A stretch of DNA of 64,000 bases from Ostrea edulis. Lineage: Eukaryota. The notes beneath the pieces were generated by a model that saw only the letters and a list, made by a program, of their open reading frames with translations, did no database searches and was not told the DNA's origin. This document shows, one piece after another, positions 10,601-23,120 of the stretch. Both the position numbers and the translations under genes were made by a program. The stretch lies in NCBI RefSeq assembly GCF_947568905.1, contig NC_079164.1:69068001-69132000 (forward strand). Direction: 5' to 3'. Position 1 is the stretch's first letter. Every line of letters begins with the position of its first letter.

Positions 10601-13179
10601 GGTCCTCATCCCGGTCACCTATTTCATCACAACCAGGAAAAACCCACTGACTTTCATGGGGTTCTGTCTCCGCCCGTGTTTATCAGTGTTTGGTCCCCCA
10701 AGCACGTGCGTTTGGTTTCTCTTTCCTTTATTTATTTGCCATTTATCTGTATGAAATTTAAACTTCGTTAACCTGAATCCCATTTCACTTAAGGTTATTC
10801 CATTATCATGGATATCCTCTTTCACACCCAATGTCAATCTGATTAAAATACAGATCTCTCAAATAGCATACAGCGCTCTGCGCTAATAAAAAGGTCTGTA
10901 CTTTAATCAGATTGCACCCAATGTATGGAAGACAAAACGTTTAACACTATTTTCATACCTGCTGTGCTTATGTACTATCACGTGCCAGGTTATGCAATAT
11001 ACATTTGTGGTCATGTAATTGGTTTTATTTCAGAGCTGTGGGTATACCAGACATGCTTAAAACCCTTGGAGAAAATCTCCATGTTGATAGCAGAGTATCC
11101 AACTTCTTCGTTCCTGTGGCGGCGTCACTTGCTCGCTGTGGCAGTTGTATATTCATTTGTCTATCGTCTTTGTTCTTGACTCAGTTGGAAGGAATGTCAA
11201 TTGATGCGTCCAAAGTGGTGATCATCGGGTATGAGCTTCTTAGGGGGAGAGGAAGGGTGGGTGGGTGGGTGGGTGATCCATTTAAGATGTCTTGTTTTTC
11301 CCTCTACATTCTCCATATAATAAACATATATAGAATATGAATTTATCTTTACATCTAAAGTAACGGTATATATTCAAAACAAAATACATACACAGTACGT
11401 CGGCCAGTTCTATGGTTCCTTCAAGTCTCAAAATACAGTTCTGTCGAATTATGATTACTGTATTGGACTACGTAGGTGTTGTATTTTGGTGTGGGCATTC
11501 TATATTTTAGCGTATTTAAAATTTAGCGCAGTCGGAGCTGATGCACTATTTGGAGTAATCAGGATTTAGGGTTTTTTTTGGATGATAATGGATAAATAGA
11601 GAATTTCATACTTTAGTACAACTGTACATTAGCACTTATACTTCACTGTCAAAGCCTCTAGAATATGAATCCCGCTAAGATTAATACATGTACAGTATCT
11701 CTTCAAAGAAAATAAGAGAAGGAATGCATTTACGATGATAAAAAACGTTACTTAAATTGGTGATTGATTTATGCTACTCACAAACTGATCTGTTTCAGTC
11801 TGTTGTCAACAGCGGGTGCCTTGGCGGTTCCACCCGTTCCTAGTGCCAGTATTGTATCCATCCTGGTAGTCCTCACCTCGGTGGACATTGAAGTCAGCAA
11901 TGTTGGTCTTCTCATAGCCCTCGAGTGGTACAAGTAAGAGTCAAAAACAGCTATACTGGGTCAGTGGTACAAGTAAGAGTCAAAAACAGCTATACTGGGT
12001 CAGTGCGTGAAGTTGGAGATTCCACATTGCTAGAACTCAATTCTCTTATTGGAAAATCACAGATTCCAGTTTCAATGTTTCCCCCACTGGTTAACAGAAA
12101 AAAACACATTACTCTAGAGCAAGATTTCCCCAATCTCTCCAATCTGTATAGAATCAAATAATATCTAGAAACGTTTGAAATTTCTTACTTGAAAACTGAC
12201 CTATTCGTTATTTGTGCATTCATTGATTAATATACATGCTGTAGTGCAACAATTAAAATCATCTGATGTATGCATGTTATTGAGTTTCTACCCCTGTGTC
12301 TGTCTGCAATGGTTCATGACAACTGATCTTTTTCAATGATAAATCCAATGCATGTGAGTCTTGCCAGGGCTCAATATACTGAAACATGACTCAATATATC
12401 GAAACAGCACCCAGTATTCGATACTTCAAAACATGACCCAGGACTCAATATACTGAAACATGATCCAAGAGTCAATATATCAAAACATGACTCAATATAT
12501 CAAAAATGACCCAAAACTCAATATATTGATATATGACTCGGGACTCAATATACTGAAAAATTACCCCGGATTCAATGTATCAAAGAATAACCGACTTCAA
12601 ATATCAAAATGATTCATGACTCAATGTATTGAAATATGACACTGGACTCAATATATTGAAATATCACCCACAACTCAAGATAGTGAAACATGACCCAGGA
12701 CTCGAAATATCAGTTGATTGATAGTATATTGTTAAACGTCTATCTCGAAAATATTTCACTCATGAATGACAAATCACACAATTAATGATATACTAAGGCA
12801 TGTTCATCTTTTATAATGTCTTCCTCCAGCATCGTGATAGGCCTTTATTTGGTAGAATGGATAACATTACGTTTGACCTGGTATCCACTGGCCGGCCTCT
12901 CTCTGAGATTGCTACCGAGTTGTCTTTACCAGAACCTTTTGATTGTGGTGCTGTAGAAAATGTAAATTTTTTGTGCAAGATTGGTATTTCAAATTAAAAC
13001 CTTATTCATTTTTCAGCGATCGAATCCGTACAACTAGTAACGCAACTACAATCATTCTAGGCGCATTGATCGTTGAGAAACTTTGCAGGTCGAGTCTTCA
13101 AGTAGCAGAGGATCAAATTCCAAAGGAAAAGCCGATATACGAATCAGAAGTACGCGTGCTAGTTGAAAGTGAAAAATGA
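7669..13179 (+). CDS. SLC1A/EAAT-family transporter, paralog 2, complete (11 exons, 479 aa), with non-canonical ion-binding motifs
   Basis: Exons 7669-7813, 7912-7986, 8140-8262, 9071-9158, 9245-9287, 9805-9916 (GC donor), 10017-10143, 10472-10705, 11034-11228, 11799-11933, 13017-13179 join to 1440 nt in frame. Family motifs: LPGEIYMRLLKMLLLPL, ASMDPKSNGR, DMIRNFFPENIV, SLNILGLI, WLTPIGVASLI, TRKNP, DRIRTTSN. Confidence 0.93.
8280..8716 (+). mobile_element. Naiad-type Penelope-like element 3' fragment (RT C-terminus plus pseudo-LTR) in SLC1A-2 intron 3
   Basis: + strand reads QGFQQSRLKSAF..FYGRYNDLVRQYNLALGQMLSDVFHTDC*, followed by the conserved 3' repeat ending ...cgttatcttcaccttg. Confidence 0.8.
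9329..9463 (-). mobile_element. Short Naiad pseudo-LTR fragment in SLC1A-2 intron 5
   Basis: caaggtgaagataacgaacagtgatcaatctc...gtaagcatcccctgttga matches 3660-3795. Confidence 0.75.
12245..12710. repeat. ~27-bp minisatellite (CATGACCCAGGACTCAATATACTGAAA) with unique head, in SLC1A-2 intron 10
   Basis: Degenerate tandem units 12365-12710; head sequence homologous to 17485-17685; same unit at 19030-19690. Confidence 0.8.
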
Positions 13180-16039
13180 TTCCACAGAACTTCGAAGATT
13201 TTTAAGAACGCTGGCATGAAAGATACATATTAATATTGTATATTGTGACGTCATCTTTCGTACCTCTACTCCGTATTTATAATCATGATAACTTAACATT
13301 AGAATATAGATAGCTAGTAGAACTACAACGTTCTTAACATTTCTTCAATCACAAATTGTATCTGGCCTCCTACGATATTTTTCTACCTACGACGGATGAC
13401 ATAGGATTTTGAAAAGCATGAGTAAAGCAGGGATCTGTGGTATCAGCGTTTATGTCCTTTGATATTGACTTGACTCGTCCGTTTATAAAATAGAGAAGAT
13501 TGTTGATACTGTGTTTACTGTAGAAAAATACGCGGCCGTCAGACGATGGTGCGCAATGCAATTTTGGACTTGAGAGATTCCATCACATAATCGTGTCGGA
13601 TCCATGCGAATTTTGCAGTTGCGGTACTTGGCCCTTACTGTTCTAGACGCGTCTGCAGACTTGATTAGAGTAAGAAAATATTTATTCGATACATCGGGGC
13701 ACATCAAATGGCCATAATGCATCCAACAGCTGTTGAAGAACACAAAGGCGCCAACATGATAAATTCAGCGTCCTTGCAGGCGCCGCAAGATTTTCCCAAT
13801 TTTCCATCAAATCTGGCCTCGATGGGACTCGTTATCAATATATCAGCAGACATGTAGCTGCACCATTATGAGGTGGTGTACAGTATACATTGTCATAGAA
13901 ATCAGAATTTAACTACAATGTATCATAATATGTGGACATGTAATTACAAGTATTTACATTAAAATATCTTCATTCTAATGAGCTTTATGTTTTGTCTATA
14001 TCCATATCTACTAATTGTCTCTTCTGTAAACTAAGAAAACTGGTCGTATTGACACCAAATTTTTACTAAGTTGATGTGATGGAACAAATAGAACAAAAAA
14101 AATCATTACTGTTTAATTCAAATCAATTGGTACAAGGAATTACCTGTAAATGTTCTTACAGTCAAAATCGTGGCCTTTGGGGAGCTGCATCAAGACTTTG
14201 AATACTATTTTGTCGTGCAGCTGTCGTACGATATCCGATCATTACCCATAGGTTTATTACAAGGTGTATGGGTGCCACTGGAACGTCGTTCGAGTTGATC
14301 TATCTGTGGTAGATTTCTAAAACTGATGGAAACCTTGCGTATCGCAGACGACTGAGGCATCCATGTGTGACAGTTTGCATGGTCTAGTTAGGTTTTGTAC
14401 ATCACAGTTATACGGCATTCCAGAACAGTATGTCGTACGAAACAGAAGTGGTTTGCAAAGAGATGTGCTGCCATGAAAATAGCCTAACCAAAACATTTAC
14501 GCCTAAGGGGTGGAACAAGCTTAAACTCATGAACATGTAAGTCTACAATATCGTTATCCGTTGCACTGTGTGTGGTACAGCACAAAAACGGCCGTCCTGT
14601 GAATTTTCCCAGATACATGTACCAGATATGCTGGTTACATGTTAGTCTCGCTATCCTCACACTCTCGCTCTCGAGACTTTCGCGGAAAGCGAGAATAGGT
14701 ACATGTACCAATGTCAATCAGATCACTCGCTGGCAATTGCGGTTACGGAAATAGCCGAGTAATTACGATTGTTACCAATGTATTCGTGTAGACCCGCTGT
14801 AGGTTGAGCTTAGAAAAACTCGTATGGTATCCAATAACTACGGTGTCTAAAGTTCTGCGGTATGCAGTGGCGCCATTCTACCTAGAGGCGCCAGCAGGTC
14901 GCGAACAGCGTCAATACCCAGCAGGACTGGACGCCGATTGGGTGGAACCCATTGTGTTCAAAGTCCATTGTCTACAAATCAATAATAATAGAAAATTATT
15001 ATATACATGTACTTGCCCAGTGCCCGGCCACGGAGTATTGGGCGCCTTACAAATTGCATGCAAAACATGCATATGCTGCCATATACTGTGTACAGACTGC
15101 AGTTAGTATGTATCATTGTAGACAAGTGTAGTCTTTGTAAATATTCGTAAAATGCTTAAACATTTGGAAGGAAGATCGCGATTTAACAGTACTTGCACTA
15201 CCGGTACCTTTAGTTTCGAACATTTTAACCCCCAAAAAAAAACATGTTTGTGCCTGGACGTATTTGGGTTTTTAAAGATGCTATCTAAGATCGCACCTCT
15301 ATGAATTTTTCTTGACCCGTCCCCGTGCAAGTCTGTTTCGGGGCTGGGTTCTAATTTTGTGCCGAATCTAAAGGAAATTTACCTATTACGAGTATAAGTA
15401 TTTTACTCCGATCTTCTGGCGGTTGTTATTTGCTGCCTCTTGTGTATGAATGGTTAACGCTCGTGTTGTGTTACACGTGTTTGCCGACGCATCGTGTTTG
15501 TTTACAATTACATGTACGATATCGTCTTTAAAATTAAATGATGTCACGTCATTAATTTCAACAATATATCAACTTGAAAATTACACATAATAAAAACTGA
15601 CATTCACTGACATAGTCAAAACACATTTCCATTAATTTCTGTGCGCATTTTTCTCGCGAAATGCGCTGGAGAGACAAATTATACTTAAGATGTATATATA
15701 TTGTTAGTACCAATAAAGCAGGATTTAGAAATTGTGGTTTAAAGCATTAGTACTATACTTGTCTTTATGTTTTCTTTTCCTGCTACAAGTGAAATGAAAA
15801 ATGAATGATACATGTAATGATACCCTAAATCTTGCATTCAGAGTCCGTGTATTTAAGGTAGCTTGTAACAGATATAATAAATGTAACAAATCTGCTTTTA
15901 AAACCAATTCTAGATTTTCGAAGAAAGAAATTTGAAAATTCTTTTGGCTGGTAGAGGTAGTTATATCCAGCTGATAGACTGACTGATTGATTGATTGATT
16001 GATTGAATATATATTGTTTATCGTCCCTCTCGAGAATAT

Positions 16040-16680
16040 TTCACTCTGCTGATATAAAAAGAAGTGAAAAATGTGAAGATAACAAACAGTGATAAATCTC
16101 GTCAATCCTAAATAGAATACCAAACTGAGAGTAGGGAAAACACGGACCCCTGGACACACCAGAGGTGGGATCAGACAAACACAGACCCCTTGAAACACCA
16201 GAGGTAGGGTCAGACAAACACGGACCCCTGGACACGCCAGAGGTGTCAGAGCAATCGATAGTCAAAATCAGTTTGTGTAGAACGGCCGAACAAATTTGTA
16301 AGTAATTAGTATGAAATACGTGAGACAGCATAGGACCTAAAGCCAGGTTGTATTTGAAAATTAGATCATTATATCGATCATGGAGTTTACAAAATGCCAA
16401 CTTTAAACGAGATTGTTGAAACCCCTGTAACTTCAACGTATTTATCAATAGCCCGTCTCGATTTTGTAATTGATGATACTCAAAACATGCTCTTGCGTAT
16501 CAAATCAGTTGGGAGACTTTAACAATATATGCAGGTTATAATGGGATCTAGAATATGGGAAGCTGACGACGGAGAAGCAGAAATCATCCCGTTTGTCATT
16601 AAATTGAGTTGTTAGTTTGCCGTTAACGTCTTTGTTCAAATTAATATCCAAATATGAAGCAGATGGGGAAGACTCGTTGA
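16040..16680 (-). mobile_element. 5'-truncated Naiad-type Penelope-like element (RT thumb region plus pseudo-LTR with internal 39-bp triplication)
   Basis: - strand: SASYLDINLNKDVNGKLTTQFNDKRDDF..., LKLQGFQQSRLKLAFCKLHDRYNDLIFKYNLALGPMLSHVFHT; pseudo-LTR at 16066-16270. Confidence 0.8.
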
Positions 16681-17019
16681 TAAAACGCCGGTGGTGAATG
16701 AATTAACTCCCTGGTTTCCTTGTGAGCTGTTGAAGGTTGTTGCAAAGTTTGTCCCATCTTGTAGTAGACTCGTACCTTGGACATCCATGACTAAACAAGT
16801 GTAGAATATGTCATCATAGCAATGTTATGGATTATTTAACTACTTCAGTAATGCATTGATATGATTTAATTGACAGGGACAGATACACGATTACACGTTC
16901 CTGGTACTACAGCTTTACTATAGTATCGTTCGATGTATATTGCGTAATTTGCAAATTAACAAATAAAAAGAAAACATTGGTAATATTAAAGAAACAGACT
17001 TTAAAACAACTGCGATGTT

Positions 17020-17223
17020 ACCGTAAGTTGTTTCCTTGATATAGTCGGTACTTTCGAAATGTTGAAAACACACAACACTGGAAGGTGAAGGTTGCCACAA
17101 CTTTCCTGGCTTCTGATCACGCTTAATAGCAATAATCCAGAGCTTCCGAAGGGCATCGTCTTTTGGAAAACGATGTCCTCCCCTGTTTGCGCACCCAGGC
17201 ACACAACAACATGACGAGGGCAT
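17020..17223 (-). CDS. Orphan THAP zinc-finger exon (probably transposon-derived; downstream part disrupted)
   Basis: MPSSCCCVPGCANRGGHRFPKDDALRKLWIIAIKR...WQPSPSSVVCFQHF: CxxxC...W...CxxH pattern of THAP. Phase-1 donor TAC G|gtaaca. The THAP C-terminal AVP box was not found. Confidence 0.7.
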
Positions 17224-17685
17224 ACTACAATACTTTAACTGTATGAAATGTTTACGTATTCGTTTGCTTTGCTAATGGAATCTATTCTGAGCTAGGACCC
17301 CATCGGTAAAGGCGCCACCTACTTCCGCCGCAAGGGAAACAACTGCAAAAATGAATGCCATTGTAATGTCTAGTTGAGGACATCAGCAACATCAGGTAGA
17401 ACCTTTGCGAGAAATGTGTCACAAGAATACCAAAACGGATCAATCATATTGCCGTACAAATAACAGACTCTCTTAATATAATGGAACAATGAAAATCATC
17501 TGATATATGTATGTTATTGGACTGATTCAAGTTCATGACATCAGATCTTTTTCAATGATAAATCAAAAGTATGATAGGCGTCTTGCCAGGGCTCAATATA
17601 CTGAAACATGACTCAATATATCAAAACATCATCCAGTACTCGATACATCAAAACATGACCCAGGATTCGATATAACTTTATGACA

Positions 17686-19010
17686 AACGGGATGATTCCA
17701 ACTTCTCAATCGTCAACTGCCCATAGTTATGTAGCAATAATCTTTTGCGTATCGAATCAGTTGAGAGATGTAGACACCATATGCAGGTGATAATGGAATA
17801 TTGCTACATAAATATGGGTTGATGATGGAGAAACTGAAATCGTCCCGTTTGTAATAAAATCGAGTTGTTAGTTTGCCGTTAGTATCTATTTTCAATAAAA
17901 TATCTCAGTCAGAAGCAGATGTGGAGGGGTTTTTTCGAGTTCACAGGGATATATTGAATCGACATGAATGAAAATTATTATTGTCAATAGATATATTTAA
18001 ATATTGTGTTGAAGACCACAGCAAAAAAAGTTTCTTTTCAATTAGAAGCTTTTGAATATATTCCGCCTTATTAGAATATGAAAACAGGTCAGCTAACAAA
18101 GGAGCTGAATTCGTGCCCATGGAATTCAAAAAGACTACTGTATGACCTGATCACCAAAGACTATAAAAATATTGTCAATTAGAAGCTCCAAGATATTTTT
18201 TTTATTTCAACTTAAGAGTAATTTTGCGTGGAATCAGTGGTGTTTAACAAAATATTTTTTTGGATGATTGATCACTAGATGATTATCTCCTTTTTCCATT
18301 TTGTTGTTGAAGAAGCAACTGTCTGTTGAAAATTCATACGTTTTGATGTTGTTGATTTGAGAAAAGTGTTGTGATTTCAAATTTCCTAAAAGTTCTTTAG
18401 AAGTTTGTAGAATTCACATTTGATTTACACCTCTCGCATATGCTGAGGCACAGTACTTTTGAAATTTCTCCTTCACAACTGCTAATATTTTTGTGAGGTG
18501 CAAAGATGGGGCTTGACAGAACATTTACTGGATCCAGTAATGCATCTTTGTTTATAATGAATTTTGTGAAGTTTAGGAATTCAGTATACGTACGGCAACT
18601 CATATTCATCCACCCCAATGACTGCGATATCAAATGCACATGTGTCTAAAACTGAAGCATGAATTTTAAGAATTTCATCTTTTGAATGAGTACGATTACC
18701 AAATGTGGAATGAACGCCAAGTTTGTTTAAAATACAATTGTAATAATGAGCCTCAGAAACAAAGACAATGTTGTTACAAGCTTTGTCAGCTGAGGACAAA
18801 ACATATTTCTCATGCCATTGTAACCTATCTAATTCTTTTATCACTTCTGATTTACTAAACACAGAAGGATAGATGGTACATACATTTCTTTGGATCTGTC
18901 TTATAGAGAATTTTAATATTGTTCGTATACATGCTTTTAATCCATTTTGACAAGTTATCGAGTTCTTTTTCATATTTAGCCCATCATCTAGCATAGTCAA
19001 TAAATCATGA
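17686..19010 (-). mobile_element. Degenerate Naiad-type Penelope-like RT fragment with a short inverted piece at its 3' side
   Basis: - strand motifs SADKACNNIVFV, MGTNSAPLLADLFSYS, KRDDFSFSII..LCSNIPLSPAYGVYISQLIRYA; 17686-17741 reads LYDKRDDSNFSIVNCP*LCSN on +. Confidence 0.8.
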
Positions 19011-19029
19011 ATTGTACTAACATATCAAA

Positions 19030-19690
19030 CCATGACTGAGGATTTAATATATCAAAACATGACCCAAAACTCAATATATTCAAATATGATACAGGATGTA
19101 ATCTATTGAAATATGACTCAGAACTCAGTATACTGAAACATGACCCAGGACTCAATATATTAAACTATGATACAGAATCCAATCTATTGAAATATGACTC
19201 AGAACTCAGTATACTGAAACATGACCCAGGACTCAATATATTAAACTATGATACAGAATCCAATCTATTGAAATTTGACTCAGTATACTGAAACATGACC
19301 CAGGACTCAATCTATCAAAACATGACCCAGAACTAAATATATTGAAACATGACCCAGACTCATTATAATAAAACATGACACAGGACTCAATATATTGAAA
19401 CATCCAGGACTCAATGTATCAAACCATAAGACTCATTATTTTGAAACAAGACCCAGGAGTCAATATACTGAAACAAGACCCAGGACTCAATATATCGCAT
19501 GACCAGGATTCAATATATCACATGACTCAGGACTCAATATATCACATGACCCAGGACTCAATATACCACATGACCAAAAACTCAATATATCACATGACCA
19601 AGAACTCAATATGCTAAAACATAACCCAGGATGAAACATGACCAAGGGCTCAATATATCACATGGCCTAGGACTCAATATGCTGAAATAT
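19030..19690. repeat. ~27-bp minisatellite (same family as 12365-12710) with an 81-bp higher-order repeat at ~19106-19290
   Basis: catgacccaggactcaatatactgaaa units; the 81-bp block is seen as the repeated 27-aa peptide in ORF 19106..19291. Confidence 0.85.
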
Positions 19691-21253
19691 GGCCATGGCA
19701 ATGCATAACTTGGGATTATACATGGCTTCCTTCGAGATAGTGCTTATAAATCCAGAATATACAAACATACATCACAAGCAGCATCAGAAGCATGCACATC
19801 ATCCATGAAAGTCTGTTTCATTCAGACAACCCAGTGAAAGGAATACCTGTAAAAACTTAAGCCCATTCAAACTCCTCAGAATTACCAATCACCTGCAACA
19901 TCCAAAGCATGAGTGGTAGCAGTTATAATGATTCCTAACCCCTACATCTACATGGGGACTGGGAATGCACTTAATCCATAATGCGGACCCAAAACATATA
20001 CATGTAGGTCACAAGCAGCATAAGAAGAATGACTGGTGATGAATCACTCCAGGACTTGCAAGTTTCTATGAAATAAGCCCTTTCACGATTAAAAAGCGCC
20101 CTCTTGCGGCGCATGCGTATAAACGTCACTGAGTGGCAACGCAGACTTCAGAGATTCTAGAAAACTTGAACGTCAACAATCTAAGGTATTTATACATGTA
20201 TGACTCATTTAATTGTTATGAGGTTTGCTTTATATGTTGTAAGAAAATATGTATTATCACAAGTATGTATACCAAATGTAGGATTGAAGTGTAAACCAAA
20301 GGTGACATAATTTTTACCAACATGTAGGGAAGTAATATTTTTTAATGAATATGTTAAGTATCCAATAAGTATCAATATTACATTATATTTTTACACAACC
20401 CTAACATCCCAACCAGACCAGGTGGTACAAAGTTTTCATAGCAATTAAAAATGCACAACTGTTATACATATATACATATTTTTTATTTTCCAGTTAAGGA
20501 ACCTCAAGGGGCAACATGTAAATATATACAAATACTGTACATATACATATACAAATAAAGAAAGAAGAGATTACATAACACATAGTTGCATCCAAATACA
20601 GTGCCATATATTGTTCAATATAAATTTTCCAGTCCAGTTATATTTAGAATAGATGGATCTTCAGAACATAGTATGTAAATGAATTTTTGTTCATCATTAG
20701 TAAAATATATAATTTTGTGGCAACCAATCAAAGGTTGTAAATTCAACAGCCTTACTAATATGAATCACACCAACTTTTCTGGGTAATTGGAATCTCAAAA
20801 GAAATAAAGTGTGAGATGTATACTATTGTATACAGGTCACAAAATCAACTGGACCTTTCACCTGGCTTTGATACTGAAGAAAACACATTTTAAATTTTTG
20901 CAAAAAGTTAAGATGGCATTATAATGAAATTTATATTTTGATTAAATTTTAAAGATCTGGCCCCAGGATCATGAAATATCTTAATTTTAAGTCAAAATCT
21001 GAATATTGTGATGAAATGATTGAGAAGTCGATCATTCCAAAATAAAATTGCTATTCAATATTGTTTCATTGAATTTCTAGTGTCTACAAATTAAGAGTTT
21101 CAGTTCAAAAATAATGAATGTTTTACATGTGATTGAAATTTTGACTTATTGCAATGTTCTCAAAAAGTGATATTGTACTAGCACCTGTATAAAGTATTCA
21201 ATTTCTACTTTATTGATGTCTTATTCTCTAATTGCTATTATTTCATTCTCAGG

Positions 21254-22868
21254 AGGCTCATGAGAAACAGAGGGATGAAAATGTGCAGGAGGAATGCCAC
21301 AAGAGGTTGTCGTTATATATGCATTCCAATTATTGTGATATACCTTCAGATCATGAACCAGATCATGGAAATGAGACTACAAATGTCATGAAAACCAAGG
21401 ATGCAGGTCAGTTTAAAAAAAAGATGTCACTCGGATTTTGTATTAATAATCAATTTCCTCTATGAAGAATGCATTGGGTTTTTATGTACAAGATTTTAAA
21501 AATTCTTGTGCACTATGTTATATATATATATATCAGCCAGTGTTTCAATTTTTTTTTTTAAAAAACACACTTCATAAAAGACTTTTGAGGGTTCTGCAAT
21601 ATGTATTGTGTTGCATCATATTGAAACCCTGTCATAAACAATTGTATCAAGATATATTTACATTATGAGCTATAGAAAATGTCAAAGAAGTGGTGATGAT
21701 ATGAGTTCTATAATTATAATTACAACATACTCACATAGGGTAGCTCAAAAGTAATACAAATTTATGTACATTCACACACACACACACAGATCTTGGCATG
21801 AATTTAATCGTGATATTTTCATAGTTAGATTTAATTTATTTACTTATAGGTACTTTGTGCGACCCTGACCCTCTTTCAAAAGAGAATGAAAAACTGCAGG
21901 AAGAGTTGCGGGAGACCAAACGTGATCTACAGAGAGAAAGATGGGGAGTTCACAGGATAGCAGACAATGACAGCCTGACAAAGTTCTATACCAGTCTTCC
22001 AACCTTTGCAATGTTTCTCTGGCTGTTCAGCTACCTGAAGGATAAGTGTGAAAGGATGACCTATTGGACTGGGGAGAGCCATACGTTGCCAGGGACAGAC
22101 AGGACAAGAGCGCGTAGGTCCCATCTCCAACCCATAGATCAGCTTCTTGCTGTCCTTATGAGAAACCGTTTGGGTCTTTTTGTCCAGGACATTGCAGAGC
22201 GGTTTTGTATAGCTCCTAGCACATTCTCGAAATATTACACCACCTGGCTATGTCTTCTTCATAAAGAACTGAAATTCCTTAATCCATTTCCAGCCAAAGA
22301 TGTTGTTCAGCGCACAATGCCCTCTCAATTTAAAAAATTTCCTAATACACGTATCATTATAGACTGCACTGAAATATTTATTCAAAAATCATCCAGTTTA
22401 ACAAATCAGTCATTAACATTTTCAAATTACAAGAATCATAATACAGCTAAATTTTTGGTTGGCATCACTCCATCTGGTATTATATCATTTGTTTCTGAGG
22501 GGTGGGGTGGAAAAGTCTCTGACCGACAAATCACAGAAGAGTCAGGCCTATTGGACCTTTTAGAACCAGGTGATAGCGTTATGGCAGATAAGGGTTTCAC
22601 GATAACAGATTTGCTTAAACAGAGAGGATGCTATCTTAATATCCCCCCTTTTTTACGTAATGACCATCAATTTACTGTGGAAGATGTATATAATACTCAG
22701 GAAATTGCACAGCTCCGTATACATGTAGAGCGCAGTATAGGCCGAGTAAAAAACTTTCATATTTTTGATGGTGTTTTGCCATTGTCAATGATACCACTTG
22801 TCAGTAAGTTATTTCAAGTATGCTGTTGGCTCTCGAATCTTGATGTACCCCTTGTGGAAGATAAGTAA
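21254..22868 (+). CDS. Harbinger/ISL2EU DDE transposase (HTH plus DDE); N-terminus apparently missing
   Basis: Exon ~21254-21407 (EAHEKQ...SLYMHSNYC...KDA) spliced to 21850-22868. Catalytic motifs IIDCTE, VMADKGF, RIHVERSIGRVK are intact. A small phase-0 exon ending AAG|gtattt near 20185 has no in-frame ATG and no THAP. Confidence 0.85.
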
Positions 22869-23120
22869 AATTCCCCTTGTGGTATACATGTAATACAGTA
22901 AAACCTGATCAGGTAAACGGATAAGGTACACTTAAGTTTGATTACAATAAATTGTTTTTCGCTGACCCTGGAAGTTTGCTATAACCATGATTTACTGTAC
23001 ATGACAAGTATTTACCTTCAAATAGTGACCCTAAGCTTTACTCGGTTGTATACTGGCTTTAACAATTTTATCCATGAATTTAATGTGATTACATTGGGCA
23101 TTATAAACAGAATACCTTAA

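Noticed and set aside
17743-19010. Selenoprotein-encoding Naiad
   Set aside because: The copy has frameshifts and mixed stop types, and I could not identify a SECIS. In-frame TGA recoding is not supportable.
19106-19617. Repeat-protein ORFs
   Set aside because: These are translations of the 27-bp/81-bp minisatellite, with no splice or start context.
17020-20185. THAP exon as the inverted N-terminus of the adjacent ISL2EU transposase
   Set aside because: It lies outside the TIR-defined element, has no TIR copy next to it, and its phase-1 donor does not fit the phase-0 acceptor at 21254.
22903-22922. Naiad pseudo-LTR piece just after the transposase stop
   Set aside because: The match (cctgatcaggtaaacgga) is too short to call an insertion.
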